The translations under genes were made by a program, and so were the position numbers. DNA of 64,000 bases, taken from positions 51,809-115,808 of the forward strand of contig CALVNL010000001.1 in NCBI GenBank assembly GCA_944349655.1. Reading direction: 5' to 3'. The notes under the pieces were generated by a model. That model had not been told where the DNA came from. It made no database searches and saw nothing but the letters and a program-made list of their open reading frames with translations. Source of the DNA: an uncultured Clostridia bacterium. Its GTDB lineage: Bacteria > Bacillota > Clostridia > Christensenellales > DTU072. Positions 1 to 8,828 of this stretch are shown one piece after another (position 1 is the stretch's first letter; each line of letters opens with the position of its first letter).

Positions 1-1114
1 TTGCTTTGGCGTATTTTTTGTAATAAAGCTGAGCGTTTGCCGACGGGGAGAGAGTTTCGTCGAGAGGCACTTTTACGGTTTGATTGCTCTCATAATCTAA
101 TCCTTCGACATACTTGTCTCCGTTTTTAATTTTCCAGATATTGCCGAGTATGGTTTCACCGTATTTTTTCCATTTTTCGGACTTTTCTTTCTCGGCGATT
201 TTTTCGGTATTGTCGGAAATTCTGCGATCGATTTTTTCCTTCATTCTTTTCAATACCGTGTTGACGGTCTTGGAGGAAGCCTTCTTTCTTTCGTTACCGT
301 CGAGGAGGGTGTAATATTCGTCAAGGCACTCGTTGAGAGTGGATTTGCCGATAAATTCTCCTTCTACGGTATCGTATCTGTATACGTAATAGTCCGTCGG
401 TTTTTCTCCGTCGGTTTTCAAAACGGGGGAGTAAAGAGGAGAGGAATAAATACCGATAAGATTTTGTAACTTTTCGTACTGGTTTTCGGCGTAAAATATT
501 TCTTTTGCCGTTTCTTTACCTATTCCGCTGATAAGTTTAGGCAATTCTTTGAAGTCGGTAACTCCTTTTTCGAATATCTCTTTCAGTCCTGTCGGGTCAT
601 CTAAGGATACTTTATTCTTGGGTTGAAGAACGTACTGCAGATTGGGAAGAATATACCGTGTCGTGCTTTGGTCGAAATGAATACGTCTTATGGCGTCGAT
701 GATTTTATAATTTTCGTCGGTAAGGATAATGTTGGAATATCTCCCCATAAGTTCCGCAAGCAGGAAATATACCGCCCTGTCTTTTAATTCGCTTCGGGTT
801 TCGAAAGTGAATTTAATTATTCTGTCGGAATTAAAAACGGAAACGTTCTTGAGATTGCTGCCCGAAAGATATTTGCGTAACAACATACAAAAAGCAGGGG
901 CATTGAGTGAATTTTCCTTTTTCTGCTTAGTGATATGAGTACGGGGAGCGGAAGGAGAGGCGCTTATGACGAGAGTATGAATTTTACCTTTGGCTTTTAC
1001 CGAAAAGGTCACTTCGTCGATTTCCGGTTGATATATTTTTTCTATCCGTCCGTCGGAAAGAAGGTCGTTCAGTTCGTTTGCTAATGCGTTAAGCAGTATT
1101 ACGTCGTTCGGCAT
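1..1114 (-). CDS. rqcH: RqcH/FbpA-type NFACT-domain ribosome quality-control protein (N-terminal ~371 codons; the C-terminus lies beyond the window start)
   Basis: Manual reverse-strand translation from ATG (1114-1112) gives MPNDVILLNALANELNDLLSDGRIEKIYQP...APAFCMLLRKYL...AELMGRYSNIILTD and stays open to position 1. It is collinear with the B. subtilis RqcH/YloA N-terminus as I recall it. It is absent from the ORF track because it has no in-window stop. Confidence 0.8.
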   Translation of the reverse strand, partial: MPNDVILLNALANELNDLLSDGRIEKIYQPEIDEVTFSVKAKGKIHTLVISASPSAPRTHITKQKKENSLNAPAFCMLLRKYLSGSNLKNVSVFNSDRIIKFTFETRSELKDRAVYFLLAELMGRYSNIILTDENYKIIDAIRRIHFDQSTTRYILPNLQYVLQPKNKVSLDDPTGLKEIFEKGVTDFKELPKLISGIGKETAKEIFYAENQYEKLQNLIGIYSSPLYSPVLKTDGEKPTDYYVYRYDTVEGEFIGKSTLNECLDEYYTLLDGNERKKASSKTVNTVLKRMKEKIDRRISDNTEKIAEKEKSEKWKKYGETILGNIWKIKNGDKYVEGLDYESNQTVKVPLDETLSPSANAQLYYKKYAKA

Positions 1115-1156
1115 ACTACCATTATAACAAAACCTTTCCAAAGAGCAAGCTAATAT

Positions 1157-1185
1157 TTGACTTTTTATCGGAAATAAAGGATAAT
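1157..1185 (+). promoter_or_regulatory. sigma-A promoter abutting the DUF512 gene ATG
   Basis: TTGACT (1157-1162), 17 nt, GATAAT (1180-1185). The ATG at 1193 is 7 nt downstream and there is no convincing SD. Confidence 0.5.
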
Positions 1186-1192
1186 ATAAATT

Positions 1193-2485
1193 ATGACTAA
1201 AATTATTGCGGTGGAGAAAAAAAGTCCGCTCAAAGGTAAAGTTTTACCGGGGGACGAAATACTCGGTATCAACGGATTTCCTTTTACGGATATACTCGAT
1301 TACGCCTATGCTGAAGAGCAGGACGAGGCGGATTTCGAATTACGACGCGACGGCAAGACATTTCACGTCATTTACGTCAGAAAAGACTATTCCGAAAGAC
1401 TCGGACTGAGCTTTGACGAAAGCGCCGAAATTGTTCCGAAAGAATGTTGCAATAATTGTATTTTCTGTTTTGTAAGACAGCTTCCCGATAATTTGAGGGA
1501 AACGCTGTATGTGAAAGACGACGATTACAGACTTTCGTTTATAAGCGGTTCTTACATAACTTGCACCAATCTCAAGGAAGCCGATTTTCGCAGAATAACC
1601 GAATACAAGCTGTCGCCGCTTTACGTTTCAGTGCACGCAACCGACGAAACCGTAAGAAAATATTTGCTGGGAATAAAGAAAGCAATGCCTGTTCTGCCGG
1701 TGTTGGAAAGGTTTGTATCGGCGGGGATAACCGTGCATACTCAGATAGTTTTGGTGCCGGAAGTGAACGACGGAGCGGTTTTGTTGCAATCGTTGGAAGA
1801 TTTATACAAAGTCGGAGTGGCGACGGTAGCGGTAGTTCCGGTAGGGTTGACTTCGCACAGAGAAAATTTGCCCTCTGTCCGACTTTTGAGAGCCGATGAA
1901 GCGGAAAAAGCAATAGAAACGACGGAACGCTTTTATGAGGAACATCCTAATTTTTGCTATTGCGCCGACGAAATGTATCAGATAGCAGGGAAAGAGGTTC
2001 GGGATGAAAGTTATTACGGTAATTTCGAGCAGATAGAAAACGGCGTCGGACTGATAGCAAAATTTTTCGGGGAATTAAAATATGCTCTTGAAAACGTCCG
2101 TCCGTCCCGTAAGAAAAAAAAGATAGGAATTTTCACGGGGGTCAGCGGCGAAAGCGTTATAAAAAAAGCCGTCGGCTTGATCAAAGAAAAATTTCCCGCC
2201 CTGGAAATCAACGTTTATCCGGTAAAAAACCGATTTTTCGGCGAGACGGTAACCGTTACGGGACTGGTGACGGCTACGGATATAATAGATAATTACAAAG
2301 ATAAGCGTTTTGACGAGGATTATCTGATGATACCGTCGGTGATGTTGAAAGAGTTCGGGGACGTGTTTCTCGACGATATGAGCGTCAAGGAATTGTCCTC
2401 GATTCTTAAGGTAAAAATAGCCGTAAGTCATCCGGACGGAGAAAGTTTTCTCAAAACGATATTGAAAGGAGAGCAGAAATGGTAA
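1193..2485 (+). CDS. DUF512-family protein with N-terminal PDZ-like region and radical-SAM-like Cys cluster
   Basis: 430 aa. CCNNCIFCF cluster followed by a conserved C-terminal region. It sits directly upstream of der and overlaps it, a common Firmicute arrangement. Confidence 0.7.
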   Translation: MTKIIAVEKKSPLKGKVLPGDEILGINGFPFTDILDYAYAEEQDEADFELRRDGKTFHVIYVRKDYSERLGLSFDESAEIVPKECCNNCIFCFVRQLPDNLRETLYVKDDDYRLSFISGSYITCTNLKEADFRRITEYKLSPLYVSVHATDETVRKYLLGIKKAMPVLPVLERFVSAGITVHTQIVLVPEVNDGAVLLQSLEDLYKVGVATVAVVPVGLTSHRENLPSVRLLRADEAEKAIETTERFYEEHPNFCYCADEMYQIAGKEVRDESYYGNFEQIENGVGLIAKFFGELKYALENVRPSRKKKKIGIFTGVSGESVIKKAVGLIKEKFPALEINVYPVKNRFFGETVTVTGLVTATDIIDNYKDKRFDEDYLMIPSVMLKEFGDVFLDDMSVKELSSILKVKIAVSHPDGESFLKTILKGEQKW

Positions 2486-3798
2486 AGCCGCTTCTCGCCA
2501 TAGTGGGCAGACCCAACGTAGGGAAAAGTACGTTTTTCAATAAAATGGCAGGGAAACGTATAAGCATAGTGGAAGATATGCCCGGAGTAACCAGGGACAG
2601 AGTTTATGCCGACGCAGAGTGGTGCGGTTATTCGTTTACCATGGTCGATACAGGAGGAATAGAAATCCATTCTGAAGACCAGATGTGGAAGCACATAAAA
2701 AGACAAGCGGAGCTTGCGGTGGATTTAGCCGACGTTATATTGTTTTTTGTGGACGGGAAAACGGGTATAATGCCCGACGACTATGACGTGGCGGAACTGT
2801 TGCGTGCGAGTAAAAAACCCATAGTGCTTGCGGTAAACAAAATCGACAACAATAATTACGATTCGGTTTACGATTTTTACAATCTCGGATTGGGCGAGCC
2901 TATTCCCGTTTCCAGCGAACAGGGTCTTAATTTAGGGGACTTGTTGGATGAAATAGTATCCAAATTCAAGGTGAAAATCGAGGAAGGGACAGACGACGAA
3001 GGACTGAAAATAGCTGTAGTCGGTAAGCCTAATGCAGGTAAAAGTTCTCTTGTAAACAGAATACTCGGTTTTGACAGGGTAATAGTCAGCGATATTGCGG
3101 GGACTACCAGGGACGCTATCGACACCCCTTTTACCAAGGACGGCAAAAGTTACCGAATAATCGACACGGCAGGAATACGCCGAAAAAATAAAGTTAACGA
3201 AGACGTCGAATACTACAGCGTAATAAGAAGTATAGACGCTATGAGACGTGCGGACGTCGTCGCGGTGGTTATCGACGCAAGCGAACCTTTAAGCGAACAG
3301 GATATAAAGATTTGCGGACTGGTTCACGAAAGCCAGAAACCCAGCGTTATAATAATGAACAAATGGGACGCCGTGGAAAAAGACACTTTTACGGTAAACG
3401 AATTTAACGCAAAACTTAAGGAAGAACTCAAATTTATGAGTTATTTCAAACCTATATATATAAGTGCGCTTACGGGTAAAAGAGTTAATCTTGTCCTGGA
3501 TACTCTGAATGAAGTTTATAAGAACGCCTCCAACAGAGTACCTACCGGCGTACTGAACGACGTGCTGACAGACGCAATGAGCGTCAACGAACCGCCTAAT
3601 TATAACGGAAAAAAATTGCGAGTTTATTACGCTACGCAAGCGTCGGTAAACCCGCCTACGTTTATCCTTTTCGTCAACGATGAAAAAATAATGCATTTTT
3701 CTTATAAGCGGTATCTTGAAAATTGTCTTCGCAAAGCGTTCGATTTTTCGGGTACGCCGATAAGAATAAGGATAAGGAACAAAGAAAAAGAAGACTGA
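2479..3798 (+). CDS. der: ribosome-associated GTPase Der/EngA
   Basis: Two tandem GTPase domains (GRPNVGKST...DTGG and GKPNAGKSS...DTAGIR) plus a KH-like C-terminus. 439 aa. Confidence 0.95.
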   Translation: MVKPLLAIVGRPNVGKSTFFNKMAGKRISIVEDMPGVTRDRVYADAEWCGYSFTMVDTGGIEIHSEDQMWKHIKRQAELAVDLADVILFFVDGKTGIMPDDYDVAELLRASKKPIVLAVNKIDNNNYDSVYDFYNLGLGEPIPVSSEQGLNLGDLLDEIVSKFKVKIEEGTDDEGLKIAVVGKPNAGKSSLVNRILGFDRVIVSDIAGTTRDAIDTPFTKDGKSYRIIDTAGIRRKNKVNEDVEYYSVIRSIDAMRRADVVAVVIDASEPLSEQDIKICGLVHESQKPSVIIMNKWDAVEKDTFTVNEFNAKLKEELKFMSYFKPIYISALTGKRVNLVLDTLNEVYKNASNRVPTGVLNDVLTDAMSVNEPPNYNGKKLRVYYATQASVNPPTFILFVNDEKIMHFSYKRYLENCLRKAFDFSGTPIRIRIRNKEKED

Positions 3799-3838
3799 AT
3801 TACAGCCGTAAATAAAATTACTTTCAGTGAGGTAAAAG

Positions 3839-5095
3839 ATGAAAAAAACCGAAGTTATTGCCGAAAACGCATATGTTGAACAGCTTGCCCGTTACGAAAA
3901 ATACAAGGCAATGGGACTTAAGCTGGATATGAGCAGAGGAAAACCCAGCAAAGCGCAACTTGATCTGAGCAACGGGTTATTTGATATATTGACCTCTAAA
4001 TCGGACTTTACAGGTAGCCAAGACTACAGAAACTACGGAATATTAGATGGTATTCCCGAAGCGAAGAAACTGTTTGCCGAACTCAGCGGAGTGAAAGAAA
4101 GCGAAATTATGGTACTTGGGAATGCAAGTTTAAGTATTATGTACGATACGCTTCAAAGAGCCATGCAGTTCGGGGTGTGCGGCAATAAACCTTTTAACGA
4201 ACAAGGAAAAATAAAATGGCTTTGTCCCGTACCCGGTTACGACAGACATTTTGCCATAACCGAGCTTTTCGGCATCGAAATGATTAACGTTCCTATGACC
4301 GAAAGCGGACCCGATATGGATATGATAGAAAAACTGGTTTCCGCAGACGAACAGATAAAAGGTATCTGGTGCGTTCCGAAATACAGCAATCCTCAAGGTA
4401 TTGTTTATTCCGACGAAACCGTAAGACGTTTTGCCGCCTTGAAACCCAAGGCTGCCGATTTCCGTATTTATTGGGATAACGCTTATATGGTTCATTATGT
4501 AACCGAAGACGTTAAACTTCTTAATCTTCTGAACACCGCAAAGGAATACGGTAACGAAGATATGGTATATATGTTCGGTTCCACTTCCAAAATCACTTTT
4601 GCCGGCGGAGGAGTAGGATTTATGGCGGCGAGCGAAAATAATCTCGCTTCACTGCGTAAACTTATGGGAATACAGACCATCGGTTACGATAAACTCAATC
4701 AGCTTGCGCACGTCAGATTTTTCAAAAACGCTCAAGGCATCCTCGACCATATGGATAAACACGCCGCTTTGATGCGTCCCAAATTTGAAAAGGTTTTAGA
4801 GATACTTTCTGCGGAAATGGACGGTTTCGCTTCCTGGAACGAGCCTAAAGGAGGATTTTTCGTCAGCGTCGATTTGCCCGAAGGTACGGCTAAAAGAACG
4901 GTTTTCTTAGCAAAGGAAGCAGGCGTTGTATTTACGGGAGCAGGGGCCACTTATCCTTATAAGAAAGACCCTTCCGACAGTAACGTAAGGATAGCCCCCA
5001 GTATGCCTCCGGTGGAAGAACTGGCTATCGCGATGGAAGTTTTCTGTTGCGCGGCAAAACTCGCTTATTTCGAAAAGGCGACCGGAAGAATTTAA
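3839..5095 (+). CDS. fold-type I PLP-dependent aminotransferase (substrate not inferable)
   Basis: 418 aa. The probable PLP-lysine lies in GSTSKITFAGGGVGF. Overall aminotransferase class I/II pattern. Confidence 0.75.
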   Translation: MKKTEVIAENAYVEQLARYEKYKAMGLKLDMSRGKPSKAQLDLSNGLFDILTSKSDFTGSQDYRNYGILDGIPEAKKLFAELSGVKESEIMVLGNASLSIMYDTLQRAMQFGVCGNKPFNEQGKIKWLCPVPGYDRHFAITELFGIEMINVPMTESGPDMDMIEKLVSADEQIKGIWCVPKYSNPQGIVYSDETVRRFAALKPKAADFRIYWDNAYMVHYVTEDVKLLNLLNTAKEYGNEDMVYMFGSTSKITFAGGGVGFMAASENNLASLRKLMGIQTIGYDKLNQLAHVRFFKNAQGILDHMDKHAALMRPKFEKVLEILSAEMDGFASWNEPKGGFFVSVDLPEGTAKRTVFLAKEAGVVFTGAGATYPYKKDPSDSNVRIAPSMPPVEELAIAMEVFCCAAKLAYFEKATGRI

Positions 5096-5116
5096 TTTTA
5101 TAAAGAGTCAATAACT

Positions 5117-5145
5117 AAGGACGTCTTTAAGGGCGTCCTTTTTTA
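5117..5145 (+). terminator. intrinsic terminator after the aminotransferase gene
   Basis: Stem aaggacg(tc)/(gg)cgtcctt followed by a T-run (5139-5144). Confidence 0.7.
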
Positions 5146-5161
5146 TGGCGTAAATTTTGTC

Positions 5162-5188
5162 ATAGAGTTTTTTCGGCTTTCATAAATT
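5162..5188 (+). promoter_or_regulatory. sigma-E-like (mother-cell) promoter candidate for spoIVA
   Basis: ATA (5162-5164), a 16-nt spacer, then CATAAATT (5181-5188). This resembles the Bacillus sigma-E consensus ATA-16/18-CATAcanT. spoIVA is sigma-E dependent in B. subtilis. Confidence 0.45.
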
Positions 5189-5217
5189 AGAGTAAAAGAA
5201 ATTTTGGAGGCCGGATT

Positions 5218-6693
5218 ATGTTGAATTACGATATATACGACGATATCGCTCTCCGAACCGGAGGCGATATTTACTTAGGAGTGGTAGGCCCCGTCCGTAC
5301 GGGGAAGTCCACTTTTATCAAGAAATTTATGGAATTGCTGGTACTGGACAGGGTGGAGGATAAAAACAAGCTTTCCAGAATGATAGACGAATTGCCGCAG
5401 TCTGCAGACGGAAAGACCATTATGACAACCGAGCCGAAGTTCGTACCCAACGAAGCGGCTGAAGTGACTTTTGACAAAATGACCGCAAACGTAAGGCTTA
5501 TCGATTGCGTAGGCTACCTTATAGAGGACGCTTTGGGGCATAAGGAAGGGGATAAACCCCGTCTGGTCAAAACTCCCTGGTCGGAAAAAGAGATACCTTT
5601 CCAGGAAGCTGCGGAAATCGGAACCGACAGAGTCATCAAGGAACATTCCACCGTGGGAATTCTGGTAACGACCGACGGAACCATTACGGACATAAATCGT
5701 ACCAAGTATGTAGAAAGCGAAGAAAAAGTAGTAAGCGCGCTTAAAGAAAGCGGCAAGCCTTTTGTAATCGTGCTTAATTCCCGCAATCCCGAAGAAACCG
5801 ACGCCGTCAGACTCGGAGAAAGTCTTGCAGAACGTTACGGAGTACCCGTGACTGTGTGCGACGTAATGAATTTGACAAAGGAAAAAATAACGGAAATAAT
5901 GCAAAATATTCTGTTTGAATTCCCGATAACCGCCGTCAATATTTCCATACCCAAATGGATGCGTTCTTTCGGAAGCGGAGAAAAAATAATAGCCGACATC
6001 CTTTCCGTCATCAGGGAAGGCGCTAAAAGTATGACCAAGATGAGAGACTACGCTTTACTCGAAGAAATATTCGCCGACAACGAATACATCGAAAGCGACG
6101 TAGAGGTCTTCAGCCAGCCGTCAACGGGCGTTATCGAATTAAAATGCAAAGCAAAAGACGGACTGTACTTCAAAGTACTCAGCGCGGAATGCAATAACAA
6201 CGTGGACGACGAATACAAATTGCTCACTTTCGTAAAGAAACTCAGCAAATCCTATGCCGATTACGAAGGTATAAGGAAAGCAATGGAATCGGTAAAAACC
6301 GACGGTTACGGAGTGGTAAATCCCGGCATAGAAGATATGGAACTGGAAGAACCCGAACTTGTAAAGAAAGGAAATCAATACGGCGTAAAACTCAAGGCCA
6401 GCGCTCCGTCTTTCCATATTATGCGAGTTGACGTGGAAACCGAAATCAGCCCCATAATCGGCAGCGAACAGCAGAGCGAGGATCTCGTAAAATATCTTTT
6501 AAGCGAGTTCGAAACCAATAAAAGCGGTATCTGGGAAACCAATATGTTCGGGAAAAGCCTCAATGCTCTCGTAAAAGAAGATCTTAACAACAAACTTTCC
6601 AGTATGCCCGGCGACACGCGCAACAAACTTCGCAGGACTATATCGAGAATAGTAAACGAAGGGAAAGGCGGTGTACTCTGTATTCTCTTATAA
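5218..6693 (+). CDS. spoIVA: stage IV sporulation protein A (spore-coat basement-layer ATPase)
   Basis: 491 aa. N-terminal Walker A GVVGPVRTGKSTFIKKFM. Full-length collinearity with SpoIVA. Confidence 0.95.
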   Translation: MLNYDIYDDIALRTGGDIYLGVVGPVRTGKSTFIKKFMELLVLDRVEDKNKLSRMIDELPQSADGKTIMTTEPKFVPNEAAEVTFDKMTANVRLIDCVGYLIEDALGHKEGDKPRLVKTPWSEKEIPFQEAAEIGTDRVIKEHSTVGILVTTDGTITDINRTKYVESEEKVVSALKESGKPFVIVLNSRNPEETDAVRLGESLAERYGVPVTVCDVMNLTKEKITEIMQNILFEFPITAVNISIPKWMRSFGSGEKIIADILSVIREGAKSMTKMRDYALLEEIFADNEYIESDVEVFSQPSTGVIELKCKAKDGLYFKVLSAECNNNVDDEYKLLTFVKKLSKSYADYEGIRKAMESVKTDGYGVVNPGIEDMELEEPELVKKGNQYGVKLKASAPSFHIMRVDVETEISPIIGSEQQSEDLVKYLLSEFETNKSGIWETNMFGKSLNALVKEDLNNKLSSMPGDTRNKLRRTISRIVNEGKGGVLCILL

Positions 6694-6724
6694 AACCGAT
6701 ACTTAAAGGGGAAATACCGAAAAA

Positions 6725-6756
6725 AATATCCGTTTTCTTGCAAAACGGATATTTTT
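6725..6756 (+). terminator. intrinsic terminator after spoIVA
   Basis: 12-bp stem aatatccgtttt / aaaacggatatt, 5-nt loop, T-run. Confidence 0.8.
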
Positions 6757-6785
6757 ATGTTAATCTATTCAAGAGGAAATATAAA

Positions 6786-7877
6786 ATGAAAGATTACAAT
6801 AAAGCCGTACTCGTTAAGGTTTCAGAGGAAAAGGACGATACCGAGTCGCTGGACGAACTAGCATTACTTGCGTCAACGGCAGGATACGAAACCGTAGCTC
6901 GACTTTTTCAACGAAAGGACAGTCCCGACAAGTCGTACTACCTCGGGAAAGGAAAACTTGCCGAGTTAAAAGAAGCCTTAGACGCGCTGGAAGCAGGGAC
7001 GGTCATATTCGACAACGAAATCAGCGGAAGCCAGTTCAATAATCTGGAGAAGTATCTCGACGCAACGGTGTTGGACAGGGCGACCGTTATTTTGGAAATT
7101 TTTGCTAAACACGCCACAACCGCCGAAGGAAAACTCCAGGTGGAACTTGCCCGTAAAAAACACAGTTTGCCCAGAGTCTTGGGACAAGGAGCGGTATTAA
7201 GCAGACAAGGCGGCGGCGGAGCCGGGGGCGGCGGCGCAAGAAGAGGCGCCGGAGAACAGCAGCTTGAGCTGGATAAACGTACCATAAGAAACGAAATACG
7301 CCTTTTAGAAGAACGTATAGATAAATTAACGGCGGAAAGACGTCTTCGCAGAAAAAAACGACAAAACAGTAAAATTAAGTCAGTTAGTATCGTAGGATAC
7401 ACAAATGCGGGTAAATCCACCCTTATGAACAGGCTTACCAAAGCGGGAATCCCTGAAGAAGACAAGTTGTTTGCAACCCTCGATACCACCACCCGTAAAT
7501 TATGGGTAGGACCGGGAAAAGAATTTGTTTTGACCGATACGGTCGGGTTTATTTCCGGTTTACCGCACGAATTCGTTAAAGCGTTTGCCAGTACTTTAGA
7601 GGAGACGCGTTATTCCGATCTTATTCTGCTCGTTCACGATTGTTCGGGGAAAGACTTTGCTTTTCAATACGAAGTAGTCAACAGCGTGTTGGACTCGATA
7701 GGAGCGGCGGACGTCCCGAAAATCGTCGTGCTGAACAAAACCGACGTCGCGGAAAAAATTCCTTTCCTCGAGGGCGATAACGTAGTACCGATAAGCGCCA
7801 AAACGGGAAAGGGTATCGATTTACTCAAAGAAAAAATTACCGAAACGCTTTTCGGGGAAAAAGTAGTTTGGGAATAA
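6786..7877 (+). CDS. hflX: GTPase HflX
   Basis: G1 GYTNAGKSTLMN, G3 DTVGF, G4 NKTD, and the Gly-rich N-domain loop GGGGAGGGGARRGAGE. I prefer ATG 6786 over the track start at 6738 because AGAGGA lies 8 nt upstream and the spoIVA terminator ends at 6756. Confidence 0.9.
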   Translation: MKDYNKAVLVKVSEEKDDTESLDELALLASTAGYETVARLFQRKDSPDKSYYLGKGKLAELKEALDALEAGTVIFDNEISGSQFNNLEKYLDATVLDRATVILEIFAKHATTAEGKLQVELARKKHSLPRVLGQGAVLSRQGGGGAGGGGARRGAGEQQLELDKRTIRNEIRLLEERIDKLTAERRLRRKKRQNSKIKSVSIVGYTNAGKSTLMNRLTKAGIPEEDKLFATLDTTTRKLWVGPGKEFVLTDTVGFISGLPHEFVKAFASTLEETRYSDLILLVHDCSGKDFAFQYEVVNSVLDSIGAADVPKIVVLNKTDVAEKIPFLEGDNVVPISAKTGKGIDLLKEKITETLFGEKVVWE

Positions 7878-7888
7878 GATTAACGGTT

Positions 7889-8329
7889 TCAAAGTTCTTT
7901 TACCATTTGCAGATAATCGAGTTTCTCGTAACCGCATTTTTCATAGAGTTTCATTGCCGAAATATTTACAGGAGTCAGTTCCAGTCTTATTCTGACGGTT
8001 TCGGGAAGGATTAGTTTTTCCAATTCCGAAAGAACCCTTTTGCCTAAACCTTTGCCTCTGAATTCTTGTTTGAGATAAATTTCCTCTATCCAGGCGGTTA
8101 TTCCGCCCGCTTCGTTGGAATAGGTATAGGAAAGAAGACAGTAACCCGCGTTTTGTCCGTCGGCGACGATGAAATATCCTTCGGCATAAGGATTGTCGGT
8201 AAGGCAAAGTTCGTATGTCTTCAGAAAATTGTTTTCTTCTACGTTATGGGTCACGGCGTCGGAAGAATAAAAGTCTTTACACATTTCGACGAAATCGTTT
8301 CTTTCGTTCGGATTGAATTTTTTAAGCAT
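7889..8329 (-). CDS. GNAT-family N-acetyltransferase
   Basis: 146 aa. Acetyl-CoA motif A QEFRGKGLGKRVL. Convergent with hflX with an 11-nt gap. Confidence 0.8.
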   Translation of the reverse strand: MLKKFNPNERNDFVEMCKDFYSSDAVTHNVEENNFLKTYELCLTDNPYAEGYFIVADGQNAGYCLLSYTYSNEAGGITAWIEEIYLKQEFRGKGLGKRVLSELEKLILPETVRIRLELTPVNISAMKLYEKCGYEKLDYLQMVKEL

Positions 8330-8351
8330 AATCGTTACTCCTATACCGACG

Positions 8352-8380
8352 ATTGTATATTATTTCCGAATAAAAGTCAA
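8352..8380 (-). promoter_or_regulatory. sigma-A promoter for the GNAT gene
   Basis: On the minus strand: TTGACT (8380-8375), 17 nt, TACAAT (8357-8352). It is followed by a leader carrying an AGGAG SD. Confidence 0.55.
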
Positions 8381-8430
8381 ATTAAGGTTATCGATACGGT
8401 ATTAAACGATTTATTAAGACAAAAAAGAAC

Positions 8431-8459
8431 TTGCTTTTTATAAAAAAAACGTTTATAAT
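8431..8459 (+). promoter_or_regulatory. sigma-A promoter for the SRP RNA
   Basis: TTGCTT (8431-8436), 17 nt, TATAAT (8454-8459). The predicted transcription start (TSS) at about 8466 coincides with the start of the RNA homology. Confidence 0.6.
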
Positions 8460-8464
8460 TATTT

Positions 8465-8726
8465 CCGATGCTAGACGGGGAGCTAGCGGTGCCCTGTAAC
8501 TCGCAATCCGCTATAGCGAGGTCGAACGCCCACCGAGGTATATTCTATGGAAAGCCGATGGGAATAAGGGATGTTGATAATAAGGTCTCGTACAATTTCG
8601 TCTTGTGAACCGTGTCAGAGCTTGACCGCAGCAGCACTAAGCAAGTAACGGGATGTGTTACGAGGAAGCTTTAGGGGAGTTACCTGTTTTCATGCCGATT
8701 CGGTAGTTTATATCGGAGTGGGTGCA
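8465..8726 (+). ncRNA. ffs: signal recognition particle RNA, long Bacillus-type (scRNA with Alu domain)
   Basis: GACGGGGAGCTAGCGGTGCCCTGTAACTCGCAATCCGCTATAGCGAGGTCGAA closely matches the 5' domain of B. subtilis scRNA as I recall it. The domain IV region GAACCGTGTCAGAGC...GCAGCAGCACTAAG lies at about 8608-8645. The 5' CCGAT pairs with the 3' ATCGG, and a T-run follows at 8727-8734. End coordinates are approximate. Confidence 0.85.
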
Positions 8727-8771
8727 TTTTTTTTATTTTTGAAAAAACATTTTTTTGGTCTTTTAAGCCTG

Positions 8772-8801
8772 TTGACTTTTGCATATAATTATTTGTATAA
8801 T
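8772..8801 (+). promoter_or_regulatory. sigma-A promoter for pepF
   Basis: TTGACT (8772-8777), 18 nt, TATAAT (8796-8801). Confidence 0.55.
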
Positions 8802-8828
8802 ATTTTATAATTTTAATTCGGAGTTGTT

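Noticed and set aside
7209-7250. G-rich tract (ggcggcggagccgggggcggcggcg) looked like a simple repeat or G-quadruplex element.
   Set aside because: It encodes the Gly-rich loop GGGGAGGGGARRGAGE that is a normal feature of the HflX N-terminal domain.
8066-8443. 125-aa plus-strand ORF upstream of the SRP RNA.
   Set aside because: It is mostly antisense to the GNAT gene and runs through that gene's promoter. No family resemblance.
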